Assembly (NCBI GenBank): GCA_038087875.1
Contig: JAXLNO010000028.1
Location: forward strand, 62,001-112,342
Reading direction: 5' to 3'
DNA: 50,342 nt
DNA from: Malacoraja senta
Taxonomy: Eukaryota
How positions within the stretch are numbered: the first letter of the stretch is position 1; the number at the start of each line of letters is the position of its first letter. Position numbers and translations under genes: made by a program. A model generated the notes under the pieces. It worked only from the letters and a program-made list of their open reading frames with translations. It had not been told where the DNA came from and did no database searches. Shown in pieces: positions 25,101 through 37,800 of this stretch.

Positions 25101-26706
25101 GATAAACAACACAACACCCCGCTCACAATCCGCCCATACTTCCTGGTTCGTGACAAATTGGTATTACAGGACGGGATTATAGTTAAGGGCCACAAGGCAG
25201 TGGTCCCAGCTGTCCTTTGGGACAAATACATCTACGCCGTCCACAGGGGCTGCCCCGGCGTGGAGGCAACCCTACAAAGGGCACAAAGCATGTTTTACTG
25301 GCCTGGTATGACCAAGTACATACGTGAAAAAAATGAAGTTTGCGCCGTCTGCAAAAGCCTGACACCACATCAGCAGAAGCAGTCTTTACTGCCGCACCCG
25401 GTCCCGCCTCTCCCGTGGTCCACGTTAGCCACTGACATATTCGAATGGCATGGGAAACACTATCTGGTTCTTGTTGACTTAATCGGGCTGGTTCAAAATT
25501 GACTTACTTCAAACCATTACCTCTGAAGCGGTTATCGAGAAGTTGCAGCGTCACCTCTCCGTACACGGCTCCCCTGCACATATTCTGACCGACAACGGCA
25601 GACAGTTCACCGGCCAAGCTTTCAAAAACTTTGCAAAACAATGGGACTTTTGACATATTACCAGCAGCCCTGAGTTCCCGCAGTCCAACGGACTCGCCGA
25701 ACGCGCTGTCCGAAGCACAAAACAACTTATGGAGCGGTCCTACCTTGTAAAATCAGACGTATTCCTGGACCTGCTCAACATAAGGAACATTGCAAGGGAT
25801 CCCATACTGGGTTCCCCAGCCCAACAACTGATGTCTCGCCAAACCCATGCTCCCCTGCCTGTGACCCAGCAGCTTCTGCAGCCACAAGTTCGTTCCCCGC
25901 CTGCTGTCCAGAAACAACAATTCAAACGTGACACACAGAAATGTTTCTTTGACAAATCCAGCAAGCCACTTAAACTTCTCGTACGTGGACAAGTGGTTCG
26001 TTTCCAGACCAACAAGGGCCATGCCTGTCTGGGTCACGTCTACGGCCCTGCCAAAGAACCGCGCTTATCTGGTTGAAGCGGACGGAGCCATCTACAGACG
26101 CAATCGTCAACATATCCTTCCAGTGAAGGAACCACGTCCTGCGACTCCGTATCCAGATGTATCCACCACGTCCTTTCGTATGCCCTCCCACGGAAGGTCC
26201 CGCGGCCCCACTATCAGCGCACGTTTCCACCGCGGCCGCCCCGCGGCGTTTGGCGACTAGCTCGCCTTTCTCATCACTTTCCCGGCCTGTCAGGTCCCCG
26301 GTCGTTTCCGCAATTCCCTCCCAGGTGTCTTCTCCGGTGAAAGAAGGTGAGGCGAATTCGTACCGCACACGCGACGGACAGGTTTGCAGGCCACCCATTA
26401 GATACAGTGATTTTGCTTAATTTTACAAACTTCCCCAAATGTGTTATTAATGTTCCACCTATATTGCTTAGCCACTGATGCTTCTTTTGTTACAAGGAAA
26501 GATGTAGATTGGCTACTTCATACTAGCCAATTATAGTGCTTGTTAGTAGTGACTCCGCCTATTATGCGCTTTATATTATCAAGAGCTTGCCTACGCTAGT
26601 TAGTACGAGTAGCTGCTAGGAAATGTAATGTCCTGCAGATCTATGCTGTAAGTAGATTTAATAAACATGTGTTGTATCTTGATATGTGTTGTATCAGCTC
26701 ATTACA
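22194..26706 (+). mobile_element. Gypsy (Mag-like) LTR retrotransposon, near full-length and decayed; 5' LTR truncated
   Basis: Partial 5' LTR ending 22271; PBS tggtgtcaga; gag with Cys/His knuckles, protease DTG, RT IIDD, RNase H, integrase; PPT; 3' LTR 26503-26706; no TSD. Confidence 0.95.
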
Positions 26707-28539
26707 TACATGATGCATATTTAATGGGAAAGGCCAGAGTGGCACCATTGAACAAATGACGATTCCCAGAATGGAACTTACTGCCACAGTCTTAGCTGTT
26801 AAAGTTGACATAATGCTGCAAAAGGGACTGCAGCTTCAGCTGGAGAAATCTATCTTCTGGACTGATGTACTACAGTGCTTAAATACTTTAACAATGAGAA
26901 CAAGCGTTTTCTAACATTTGTAGCAAACAGAATCTCTTATGTAATGAGAGCTACTAATGTATCACAGCGGAAATATGTTAATACACAGGAAAATCATGCA
27001 GATGAAGCTTCTAGAGGATTAACAGCAGATCGCTTCTTATCAATGGACCAGAGTTTCTCTGTAAGCCAGACAGAGAATGGACAAAGCTTGAGCTGGGATT
27101 TGAAATCTCTGCTAATGATCCAGAAATTAAACATGATGTCACAGTGAATGTTATTGTTAAAGATTCATTGATCATAACAAATGACTTAATTACCCATTTT
27201 TCATCATGGAATAAGTTGGTGACTGTGGTAGCTTTGATTCTTAAAGCTAAAACAGAGTTATTGCTATTTGCTTGAAAAAGGAAAGAGATTGCTGAACGTA
27301 TTTCTGAAGAAGTTCCTGAAAAACTAAAGGGAAAGGTTGAAAGAAGATGCAAGTTTTTAAGGCATCGTATTGTGGACAATGATCTTCTCAAGGCAGAAAA
27401 CGCAATTATTTATTTCTGTCAAAGACAAAGATACAACAAAGAAATATCGACGTTAGAAGCTGGGGTACATGGTGTCAAAAGAGACAGTCATTTGTATAAG
27501 CCTGATCTGGTATTGGAGGAAGGTGGTTGCCTGAATAGACTGGCAATGCCTGAAGAGGCTAAGCATCCTATTATTCTCTCGAAGGACTTTCATATTTCAA
27601 CATTATTGTTATGACATATTCATGAACGGATTGGACATGGAGGAAGGAACGACATGCTGTCGCAACTTCGTAAGAAATATTGGATTATTAAAGCTAATTC
27701 TGCTGCAAGAAAGATAATAAAAAAATGTGTTGTGTACAGTACGACTTCAGACTAAGAACAATGTCTTGGTAAGACCAATAATTAAGATATGTCCACTTCT
27801 AGAAGGTGAAGATGAAAGAATCGCTGAAGAAGTCTGAATGCTAATGTATAATGCTTATTACTTTTGTTTTTTTGAGATATGTTAAGCTTTTATAGCTCCT
27901 TTTTTTTAATGTTTATTGGTAATTGCCTCGTTATATACTCAGAACAATTAGGGGCCAGTATGTAGGAGCCAATGAGCTTAATTCAGCATTATTATCGTAT
28001 CTGATATTTTTAGTTTTAAACCCGTTACACTGTGCGAGCTGACCCACGAGGTACCCCGAGTTTAAAACAAATTTAACTCGTGGTAATCACGTACAATTAA
28101 CGTAGCGGGAACGTCGGAACCCGTGGACGCAACTTAGCGACTCTTGGCGCTAACGGCAGGTACCCGTGAAACTTGTTAACTCTTGAAAAAGTTCAAACAT
28201 GTTTAAACTTTTCCACGAGTAAAATGTACTCTTGTGGTTAAAAATTGAAACATTTAAACTCGTTGTAAGAACGTAGTGGCCCGTGCGTTTACCTTAGTGA
28301 CTCGTGAGACTACCGTGGGAACTCTTTAACTCAGCGGGCAGGCAGCATCTCTGGAGAGAAGGAATGGGTGATGGGATGACATTTCCAAATTGGGGGGAAG
28401 TGGGGGGTTGGAGCAGGGAGGGAGGGGGGGGTGGAGGAGAGGGTTGTGAGTGGAGGGAGAGGAGGGGGAGACAGATAAGGGTGTCTTCATTCACTAGTGG
28501 CGGGTGCCGGTCACTGAAACAGGCAGGTGAGATTTCACA

Positions 28540-29230
28540 TCCACCTTGTGTGTGTGTGTGTCTCTCTCCCTCCCTCCCTCTCACACAGGCTGAGAGACTC
28601 TGCCTCTGTGAGTGTACGTCTCTTTCTCCCCCTCTCCCACAGTAAGACCGAGGTAAGTCCATCTGTGTAAGTCCATCTGTGTCTCCCACATACACAGTAA
28701 AACTCTGCTTTGTGTGTATATACGTCTCCCCCCATTTCTCTCTTCCCCCCCCACCTCTCTCTTCCCCCCCCCCACCTCTCTCTTTCTCCCCCCAACACAC
28801 AATAAGACCGATATATTCTGCTTTAGTCTCTCTTCCCTCCCACACATACATAGACCGAGGTCCTGTGCGCTCTTTCTCTCTCCCCCAGTCATGCCGAAGT
28901 ACACCACACTGCCTCTGTATCTCTCTCTCTCTCTGTCTCTCCCCCTCTCTCCTTCATACACCGTCAGAGGTCCACACTGTCTCTGTGTCTCTCTCTCCCC
29001 TACACACACAGACTGAGGTACACACTGCCCGTTGTGTGTGTGTGTGTCTGCCTCTGTCTGTCTCTCCCACACAGTTAAAGGTACTCCACGCTGCCTGTGT
29101 GTGTGTGTGTCTCTCTCTCTGTCCCACCCCCCACACCCACACACACACCCCCCACACACTCAGTCAGAGGAACTCCACACTGTGTGTGTGTGTGTGCCTC
29201 TGTCTCTCCCTATCACAGTCAGTGAGGTAC
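28540..29230. repeat. Low-complexity (CT)/(GT)/(CA) mosaic
   Basis: Directly visible. Confidence 0.8.
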
Positions 29231-29498
29231 TCCCCCCGCAGTCTCTCCGCGGCCTCTCCCCGGGCAGGGTGCATCTGCCTCCCTCAGCTCTGATATGGTT
29301 ATGATAAGATTACCGCTGAAATGTTGTTAAAGGCAGCAAGTTTCACTGCACAAGTAAAGGGTCAGCTGTCCTCGCCAGAACTAATAAACAGTTATTTTGC
29401 AAGTTTAAAGGATTTAATAGTTAGTATCAGAACACAGTATTTTACTATATGTCTCAAAATGAGAAAAACAATCTTATAGGATATATTATTTTACAAAG

Positions 29499-29835
29499 AC
29501 CAGGTCTCCCACCATTGACTCCATTTACACTCCACGCTGCCTCAAAACCTATATAATCAAAGACTTGTCCCATCCCGGTCATTTCTTCTTCTCCTTGCTC
29601 CCGTCCGGCGGGCAGTACAGAAGTTTGAAATCGCCAGCCTCGGGAACAGCTTCTTCCCCTCTATTATCAGGTTTCTTTAAGGTCTTTCTATAACCGAAGG
29701 TAATGTCTGATTCACCTCTGCCTCATTACGCTCATTTGGACTCTCTGTGCAACTGGTGCGGTGCAATGCTGAGAACTGTATTCTGCACTCTGTATACTGC
29801 ACTTCGATTCGTACTTGAGTTTGACCATTATAATT
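29499..29835 (+). mobile_element. Rex1/Babar-type LINE 3' fragment
   Basis: Encodes IKDLSHPGHFFFSLLPSGGQYRSL and NSFFP, typical of this clade's C-terminus. Confidence 0.65.
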
Positions 29836-30744
29836 AAGTATAATATTATTTGATCTCATAGAGTCAGTCATACAACACGGAAACAGCTTATTTGGTCCAA
29901 TTTCTCCATGCCGAACATGGCGCCCCACATTCCAGCGTATGACCCATGTCCTTCCAAACAGATTTAAAAACACAACAGTGCCTTCAGTGGATTTATTTCT
30001 AAATTAAAAAAAAAATATTCATAAAAAGATGTACAGGATATGCAATACACCAATGCCACGTGTAATTTCAAAAATAATCTTTCTCCTGAATAAAATATGT
30101 ATAAAACAAAAACCGTGCGAAATCTTTTCGTAGATTCTCAGTGGTTAATGCCTTCGGTATTTTTCTAAAATAAACTTTACTCAGAATAAGAAATGTGCAC
30201 AAAACAAAAACAGTGCAATGTATTATCAGTGTCTATACATTCAATAATGTCAGGACTGTTTCCATCTATATTTAAACAAAACTCTCTTGTCGCTATGTGC
30301 CCCTTGGGGTGATATCCCTACCCTTGTCTGACGGGTGTCCCCATTTCAATATCCTGCAGCGGAAGGGCCATAGACTGTGGTCCAAATGAACTGCACGTAA
30401 ATGCAATGCAGATACAAATATTCTGCGTCTGTGTCTGCCATTTCCGTCTTTATGGCTTTCATGTCACGATTGCCAGTTCAATGAGTTATTCGGCTTAATT
30501 CAGATTTTATATGCGGATGCGAATAGTTTAATTATAAAGTGTAAATTCTATTAAATATGTTACAGGGAAAAACGTCCAGCAATGATAAGACATCCCTGTA
30601 TTTAAATAGCGCCCATCACAAACTCAGGAGGTTCCAACGTCTATTACAGTAAAGGAAGTACAGTAAAAGTACTTGGATAAACATAATGTTGAGCATGAAT
30701 ATTGTTTTGTTTAAAAACGGTGGTAACAAGGCTTGTAGTTATGC

Positions 30745-30841
30745 AAAGGCAGACAAAAAATGCTGGAGAAACTCAGCGGGTGAGGCAGCACCTACGGAGA
30801 GAAGAGATATGCGACGTTTCGGGTCGAAACCCTTCTTCAGT
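30745..30841 (-). mobile_element. Penelope-type terminal repeat fragment with minimal hammerhead motif
   Basis: Reverse complement of 40868-40958; reads CTGAAGAAGGGTTTCGACCCGAAACGTC. Confidence 0.7.
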
Positions 30842-31510
30842 CACTGTTGCTTATTAAAACAGACCTTCATTCACGTTTGGCTCAAGAGTACCTCGGGAGA
30901 GGAACTTGATAACTCGGGAGACGAACTTGGAACATCGCAAAAATGACAGTTAAAGGCAAACTTGAGTCATACCCGTGGGAACTCGGTTAAACTCTTGATC
31001 ATACACTTGGAATCTCGTGCACAACCACGAGTCTTTCGCTCGGGGTACCTCGTGGGTCAGCTCGCACAGTGTAACATGGCTTTTAGTTTTTATCTGCCTG
31101 TACTTTTGTAGGTGGGATTTGATGCGTAGTAGGGGTGGGTTCTTTTGTTAGAGGAGTCTGGCGCAGACTCTCAGATTAGAAGTTTCAGTTTGGTGTCGGA
31201 GAATGAAAAAAAATAGTTTTCTACCATGATCATGACACACACATGTTACTAGATGACATACCTTTATAAGAAGCTTTTATGTGATTTAAATAATGTGAAT
31301 GGAACAGCGATTAAGAACGGAAAGTTATGTTATTTCTTTGTTTTGTATTACTTCAATAAAAAAGCAATTAATCAAGAAACGACATCTGGAAGATTCATCT
31401 TTGCTGCCTTATGTGTGTCATGAGTGCGTTAGGCTATACCTCCAAATCGTCCCCGATAATTAGTGGCTATCGAAGTTGAACTTTGGGAACATTGTAAAAA
31501 CTGCCACTAT

Positions 31511-31712
31511 AGTGGTTGATATATGGAATTTGCTGCGAGAGATTGTGGCAGAAACAGATACCATGTTTAAGAGACATTTGGCAGACACTTAAATAACCAA
31601 GGCATAGGAGGATATGGTTCTAATGCAGACAAATGGCTAAGTGTGGCAGAGCAAAAAAGGTGGGCATGTAAATGATGTGCTGAAGGGCCCATTTCTGTGT
31701 TGTACAAATCTT
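31511..31712 (+). mobile_element. Old CR1 3' end fragment
   Basis: VVDIWNLL..IV...FKRHL...G.GGYG, followed by a gctgaagggcc 3' UTR. Confidence 0.65.
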
Positions 31713-31790
31713 TGATTCTTAAATACTGCCCCCCCATTTGAAAGATTGAAAATCTGGTAAGCTTAATTACATAGGCATAACTAAACACAC

Positions 31791-32024
31791 CTTGTTACTC
31801 GAAATGATTCTGGATAAGAGATAGTGTGTGGACCACTACTTTCACTCATTCCATACAGTTCATAAATTGTGATACGGAGACTCAGGAAGAACTCCAGTGT
31901 TGCTTTGGAGATAGGTGCAGCTCCCGCAAAGCACCTCATACAATGGTCCAGACCCAGGGCATTACGAACTTTCTGAAACACCAGCTTATTTGCCAGGGCG
32001 TATCCCCAAGGTGTTGAATCTATT
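31791..32024 (-). CDS. ACSBG2: ACSBG2-like internal exon (234 bp)
   Basis: ttacag|A ATA...ACA AG|gtgtgt; IDSTPWGYALANKLVFQKVRNALGLDHCMRCFAGAAPISKATLEFFLSLRITIYELYGMSESSGPHTISYPESFRVT; GAAP and YGMSE adenylate-forming motifs; phase 2/2. Confidence 0.93.
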
Positions 32025-32407
32025 CTGTAACATTAAGAAAGATTAAGCAAGTAAGAATTTCATTGCCCCGTCCGGGACATATGACAATAAAACACTCTTG
32101 ATGCAAAAGATCACTTATTTCATTCCACAGTGCATATTCATATAGAAAATGGAAAAATCGTGATTTAGGCATGGGCTTTTAAATTCAGTTCATAATATTT
32201 ATTGCAATGGAGGGGAAACTATCTTGGTCAAGGTTGGGGCAACAATTCAAACAGGCTCAGCAATACCTAAGCAGAAGCAGTGAAAAAATAAAGAAGGCAT
32301 TTAAAAACAATTTTCCATTGATAGAGCAACTCTTCCTAAATTTGGCATTCTTGCTTGAGCCCACTTCCATTTATTCTGTTGAAAATGTTTTCAAAAGTAA
32401 TATTCCC

Positions 32408-32690
32408 AGTTTAGTTTAGTTTAAAGATACAGCATGGAACAGGCCTTTCAGCCCACCAAGTTCAGGCCAAGCATTGATCACATTAGTTCTGTTATCCTTC
32501 TTTTGCATCCACACCATACACATTAGGTAACAATTTACAGAGGCCAAATTAGCCTACAATCCACATGTCTTGGGAAAGTGGGAGGAGGAAACTGGAGCAC
32601 CTGGAGGAAATCCACGCAGTCACAGGAAGAACGTGCAAACTCCACACAGATCGAACGCGGGTCTCTTGCACGATGAGGCATTCGCGCCAC
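32408..32690 (-). mobile_element. HE1/V-SINE, degraded
   Basis: Reverse complement of the V-domain (gtggagtttgcacgttct) and a CR1-like tail with taaac repeats. Confidence 0.75.
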
Positions 32691-33052
32691 TGGGTTCACT
32701 TCTTGCATTCCATTCTGATCCTCCCATCAAAATGGAGGCGTCCCATCCAAGCTGAGAAATGTTAACTTTCTTTCTCTGCTCAATTATAAAATCTACAGAG
32801 CACAGGTTTCTGCATTGAAAACAACTGTCCTCTGTTTGCACAAACTACCAAGTATGCAGATCAGCACATGCAAGGATGTATGTAACATTAACAGAGTGAG
32901 GATAAACATTAGGCAGAGACACAGTTTGCCAGAAGAAGAACCAATATAATTAGTGCTGACATTGGATGGGCTCGAACATCTTCCACCGTCCTCAAAAGCA
33001 CTCTTGATTTACTGTTGTGGTAATATTAATGACATGATGGGGGTTAACATAC

Positions 33053-33234
33053 CCGTTCATTATATTATAACTTGCTCGTAGACCTTTATCCTTTGCCCAG
33101 GCAGCTAGCTTTCTTTTTAAAGGTGATGAATTGGCAGCCATTTCTTCCAGCGTTTCCTCTATTTTCTCCCAAACACGTGGCACTCCCATAAAGGCAGTAG
33201 GACGGACATCTTTCAAAGTTTCCACTAAAGTAGA
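33053..33234 (-). CDS. ACSBG2: ACSBG2-like internal exon (182 bp)
   Basis: ttatag|TCT...AACGG|gtatg; STLVETLKDVRPTAFMGVPRVWEKIEETLEEMAANSSPLKRKLAAWAKDKGLRASYNIMNG; GVPRVWEK motif; phase 0/2 joins both neighbouring exons. Confidence 0.92.
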
Positions 33235-33452
33235 CTATAAAAATAGAACATCAATAATTTTCAGCCTCACATTCAGAGAGTTAGCAAAATACTGGAAACC
33301 TCACCAGTTGTTCCAGTACACTATTACATTCGCTACAAGTTACTAAGAAAAATGCCATAGGGAGGAAACCACACTAAAAACTAGAAGATTGCAAGTCCAG
33401 AGAGGAGATGGAGGGAGGGAGAGGGAGGAACAAAAGGAAAAATCCAGAATAA

Positions 33453-33727
33453 AGCCCCTGTCCCACTGTACGAGGTAATTCACGAGTTCTCCCGAATTTT
33501 CCCGATTCGAACTCGGAGAATGTCCGTAGCGGGTCTGTAGGAGTTCGTGGATGTCTCGTAGCGGCTCGTAATGCTAACGGTAGGTACTCGGGACAACTGG
33601 TAAACTCGTGACTTTTTTTCATCCCTGTAAAAAATGTCCACGAGTAAAAAAATACTTGTGATGAAAAAAACAGTTACTTTTTACTCGTACAAGCCGCTAT
33701 GAGACACCCACGAACTCCTACGAACTG
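33453..33727. mobile_element. One arm of a PIF/Harbinger-type non-autonomous element
   Basis: TAA|agcccctgtcccactgtacgag resembles the TIR at 28019/31082; shares ctcgt/acgag subterminal motifs; second arm not found. Confidence 0.6.
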
Positions 33728-33728
33728 C

Positions 33729-34582
33729 GGCGGCGCGGATTACTGCAGCGGCCCCTACAGCCTGTCTGTCTTTTTTTTATTTTTGTCTAGTTAAATGTAG
33801 TTGTTTTGTGTTTTTTTATACTGTTTTTAACTGTGTATAAGTGGGGGGCGGGCGGGGGGTGGGGGGGGGGAGGGGGAAACTTAAAAAAATCTCTTCCCTG
33901 CACGGGAGACCCGACCTTTTCCCTGTCGGGTCTCCGTTGTCGTTGGGGCCTAGCTCCGTGGAGCGACCTCTGACCGGGACGACCTGGGGGCTCCAGTCGC
34001 GGAGCCTGCGGAGCTGCGGACTTACCATCGTGGGGCTGGCCGGCCTCGGAGCGTGAGGAGCGGTGGTGGCTCGCTGCTGCAGCCCGACTCCAGAGCTCCA
34101 GCTGCAGACCTGTGGACTATGATATCGGGAGCTCGCGGGTCCGGGTGAGAGACCGCTTTCCGGAGCTCCCGCAACGGAACTTCTCCAGCCCGAGTCGCGG
34201 GGTTGGAACGACCCGGAGCGGGGCCGTACATCGCCCGACGCGGCTTTAACGGCCGCAGGACATTCCAGCGCCCGCCGGGGGCTCCAACTTTGTGACTTTT
34301 GGGCCCGGAGCGAGGCCGTACACCGCCCGGCGCGGCCTCAACGGCCATGTGACTTAACATTGCCCGCCTGGGGCTTCAACATCGGGAGAAAAATGGTGCA
34401 GGGGAGAGAAAAGACTTTGCCTTCCATCACAGTGAGGAGGAGATTCACTGTGATGGATGTTTATCTGTAAATTGAATTGTTTGTGTGTCGTGTAGGAATT
34501 GTTTTGTTTGTATGGCTGTGGAAACGGAGTTTCGTTTGAGCCTCTTTGAGGTTCAAATGACAAGAAATAAAATCTAATCTAA
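33729..34582 (+). mobile_element. GC-rich non-coding retroposon (~0.85 kb), related to 11266-12064
   Basis: Same layout: ggcggcgc head, T-rich tract, poly-G, CpG-rich body, gactttgcc..ccatcacagtgaggagg..tcactgtg.tggatgtt, aatgacaa..aataaa and a short repeat tail. Confidence 0.7.
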
Positions 34583-34811
34583 TTGATTGCTGATAGCAAT
34601 CTTGTGCTTTATAAGAACACAGGGAAGATGCAACAGGAGTAGATGGAGCCTGTTGCATAATAAGATTAAGGCTAATCCTTAACTTTACTTTAGTTCAGTT
34701 TAGAGATACAGCATGGAAACAGGCCTTTCGTCCCACCGAGTCCACACCGACCCTATGGGCTCTGTCTTGCCATATCGATGGAAAAATAACCTTGACCTTG
34801 AGCAGCCTTAT

Positions 34812-37800
34812 TGTTGGATTGTCTTCACTCACACACAGTGATTAGGATCCAAAGACTTTTACTAACAATACCGCATGGGTAACTTCATCTTAATATACAG
34901 CTCAAGACTGGGAGAGAAAAGGGAAAAGGGCTTTCTATTAAACCAGTGGGCGGAGCCACAGTATGACTCATAGCATGAGTGACACTCATCTACATCCTCC
35001 CTCTTAAAGAATTAAAGGTAAAAACAAAACTATTGACATGCATAGTAAATGCTAATAAGTTGGAGGAAAGTCAAACGTAGCCCGGGTACTTTACTGTGGG
35101 CGTTGCAAACACGTCCAGCACGTGTGCGATATAAACCATTTTTGTTCTTCGCCACCGGGGACAGAATCGTTAGTATAATTGGTGGCGGAGATTGAAACGG
35201 TGATGAAACAGGTGATTGGTGCAGGCAGAGGAGGCGTCGCCATTGGCAAAGTAACCGTTTCAGAAGCAGGTTGGTGATGCTGCTGGACGTGGATGGAAGT
35301 ACACTTGTACAGTCAGGATAATACGGAGGTGGAGCCGGCTCATTCACAGGCAGGATATGTTGCCTGTTACGTCTGTAGGTGCCGCCATCAGCACTGACCA
35401 AATATCAGCGTGGCTCAGAGGCAGTTCCAGAAATCACACTGATACGGTCATGACCTTTGTCAGTTTGCAAACGAACCACCTGCACCTCAGTTAATGGTGG
35501 AAGCGGTCTGCTTGTTTTGTCATACCACTGTTTTTGAATGTCACGCTTTTGTTGCAGCCTGGACTGGACTTCCGACGGTGGGACTACCTGCGGGATCAAT
35601 ACCTGATCTGCTACAGGCACTGACGCTCCGGTCTACATTGAGCAGGTGAACCCAAGATGGGGTTGTAGGAGATGTTGCGTAGGTTGAGCAGGTCCAGGTA
35701 CACATCAGAATTAGCTCTGTGGGATCGTTCTATTAATTCTTTGGCACTCTTGACAGCCCGTTCAGCCAGTCCATTTGACTGAGGATATTCAGGGCTGCTG
35801 GTGATGTGGCAAAAACCCCAGTGTGCAGCAAATTCTTTGAAGTGCTGGCTGGTAAATTGACTGCCGTTATCAGATAGCAGTTGACAAGGGGCCCTGTGGT
35901 CTGCAAAATGGCGATTGAGTTTTAGAACTACCCCGTGAGAAGTGGGACCACTAAGAAGATCGATGTCAAACCAGTCGGAATACGAGTCGACAAGAACCAG
36001 GTACTGCTTGCCATGCCACTCAAATATGTCAGTTACCAGGGTAGACCACGGGTGTGCAGGAGCCGGGTCTGAGAGAAGTGGTTGCTTTTGTTGATGAGGT
36101 GCCGAGCTGTTACACACTGCACAGGATGCCACATTCTCGAGAATGTATTCAGCCATAGCAGGCCAGTAAAACATGTTTTTTGCTCGTAGGACAGTTGCTT
36201 CAGCGCCTGGGTGCCCTGCATGGACAGCGTTAAAATACTAGCTGTGTAACGAAGCAGGGACTACAGCCTGTGGCCTTTTATGATAATACCATCTTGTAGT
36301 ACTAGCTTATCAAGAACGGCAAAGAAGGGCCGAACTGGCAGCGGTACATTGTAGTGCTTGTCAGGCCAGCCGCGCTTAATGACGGAGGCGAGCGACCTTA
36401 AGGTGTTGTCAGCAGCAGTGTGGGCAAACAGGTCCTCCACACAGGACGAGGGAATAAAAGACAGTCATTATTACAAAGTCGTCATCCAGTGAGGGCGGAC
36501 CCTCGCAGGTCTTCCGGGGAGCATGCGAGAGGGTGTCAGCCAGGTGCATATCCTTACCACATTTGTAGGTCAGAAGAATGTCATACTTTTGAAATTGAGG
36601 CAACGTCTGTTGAAGGTATCCTGGAGAGGCATGAATCGGTTTGTTAAAGATGCTGACCAGGGGTTGGTGGTCAGTTTCAATCGTGACAGTATGTCAGAAG
36701 ATAAAGTCATTAAACTTCATGCAGGCGAAAACGACTGCTAGCATCCCCTTTTCAATTTGGGCATAGCGTTGTTCTGTGTCAGTCATGGTGCACGAGGCAT
36801 AGGCGACAGGCTTGCTGCCGTTACCGTCATCTTGAAGACATGCTGCGCCTAGTCCGTGTTGTGAAGCATCACAAGTTAGCATGACCGGTCGTTTAGGATC
36901 AAAATAAGCGAGAGTAGGGGCGCAAGACATTTGCTGTTTAAGAGTGTCGAACACCCTCTGCTGTTGCTCGTGCCATGCACAAACAGTGTCTTTGTGGCTA
37001 GCGCAGCGGGGCTGATATTTCACTGAAGTTCGGAATAAATTTACTCGGGTAGTTTACCATGCCAAGGAATCTCTGCAGACTAACCACGTATGTGGGAGCT
37101 GGCAACTCGTTCATGGCAATGGTTTGTGCCGGATCAGTTTGTAGGCCGTCTTTAGTGAACACATGGCCTACGTAGAGCACCTCACTTACTCTGAATTTGC
37201 ATTTTTGAGGGTTTAACTTGAGGTTGATGGCATTGGCGCGGTCCAGGACCTTTGTTAGATTAGCATCATGTTCTTAGATAGTTCGTCCAGCAACGAGGAT
37301 ATCATCTACTACAATGGAGCATGGGTAACCTGCAAACAATTGTTCCATAGCCGGTTGAAATACTTCACTAGCAGAGCTTATGCCAAAAGGCATGCGAAGG
37401 AATCTGTATCGCCCGAATGGTGTGCTGAAGGTAGTTAACTTGGAGGAGTTGCGTTCCAGCGGAATCTGCCAGAATGAACTCTTGGCATCTAGTACTGTGA
37501 ATACAGTTACTTCAGCCAGCTGCGCTGCAATCTCGTCCACTGTGCGCATGGGATAGTGTGGTCCTTTAATGGCTGTGTTTAAGTCCTTGGGATTGATGCA
37601 AATCCGTATTTCATCCTTGTTCTTCTTTGTTGCCACGACCATGGTCAAGACCCAATCCGAGGGGTCAGCGACGGGGACAATTTCACCCAGATACACCATT
37701 CTGTAGAGTTCACTTTGAACACGGTCACGCATCGTATGGGGAATCCTGTGTGCTGGACGGACAACTGGAAGTACCTCATGGTTAATCGTAATTGTGTACT

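Larger units (their letters stand above)
28019..31082. mobile_element. Non-autonomous DNA transposon, PIF/Harbinger-type
   Basis: About 40-bp TIRs (gttacactgtgcgagctgacccacgaggtaccccgag and its reverse complement); TTA at 28016-28018 and 31083-31085; no transposase. Confidence 0.8.
26707..31511 (+). mobile_element. BEL/Pao LTR retrotransposon remnant (pol 3' part 26707-27960; LTR from 27961, interrupted at 28019-31082)
   Basis: LMGKARVAPL..TIPRMELTA, FWTD, TFVANR, N.ADEASRG and KHPIIL motifs; aattaggggccagta|TGT boundary; right LTR edge uncertain. Confidence 0.8.

Noticed and set aside
28294..29304. ORFs of 100-204 aa
   Set aside because: Dinucleotide low-complexity sequence with no transposase or Myb/SANT motifs.
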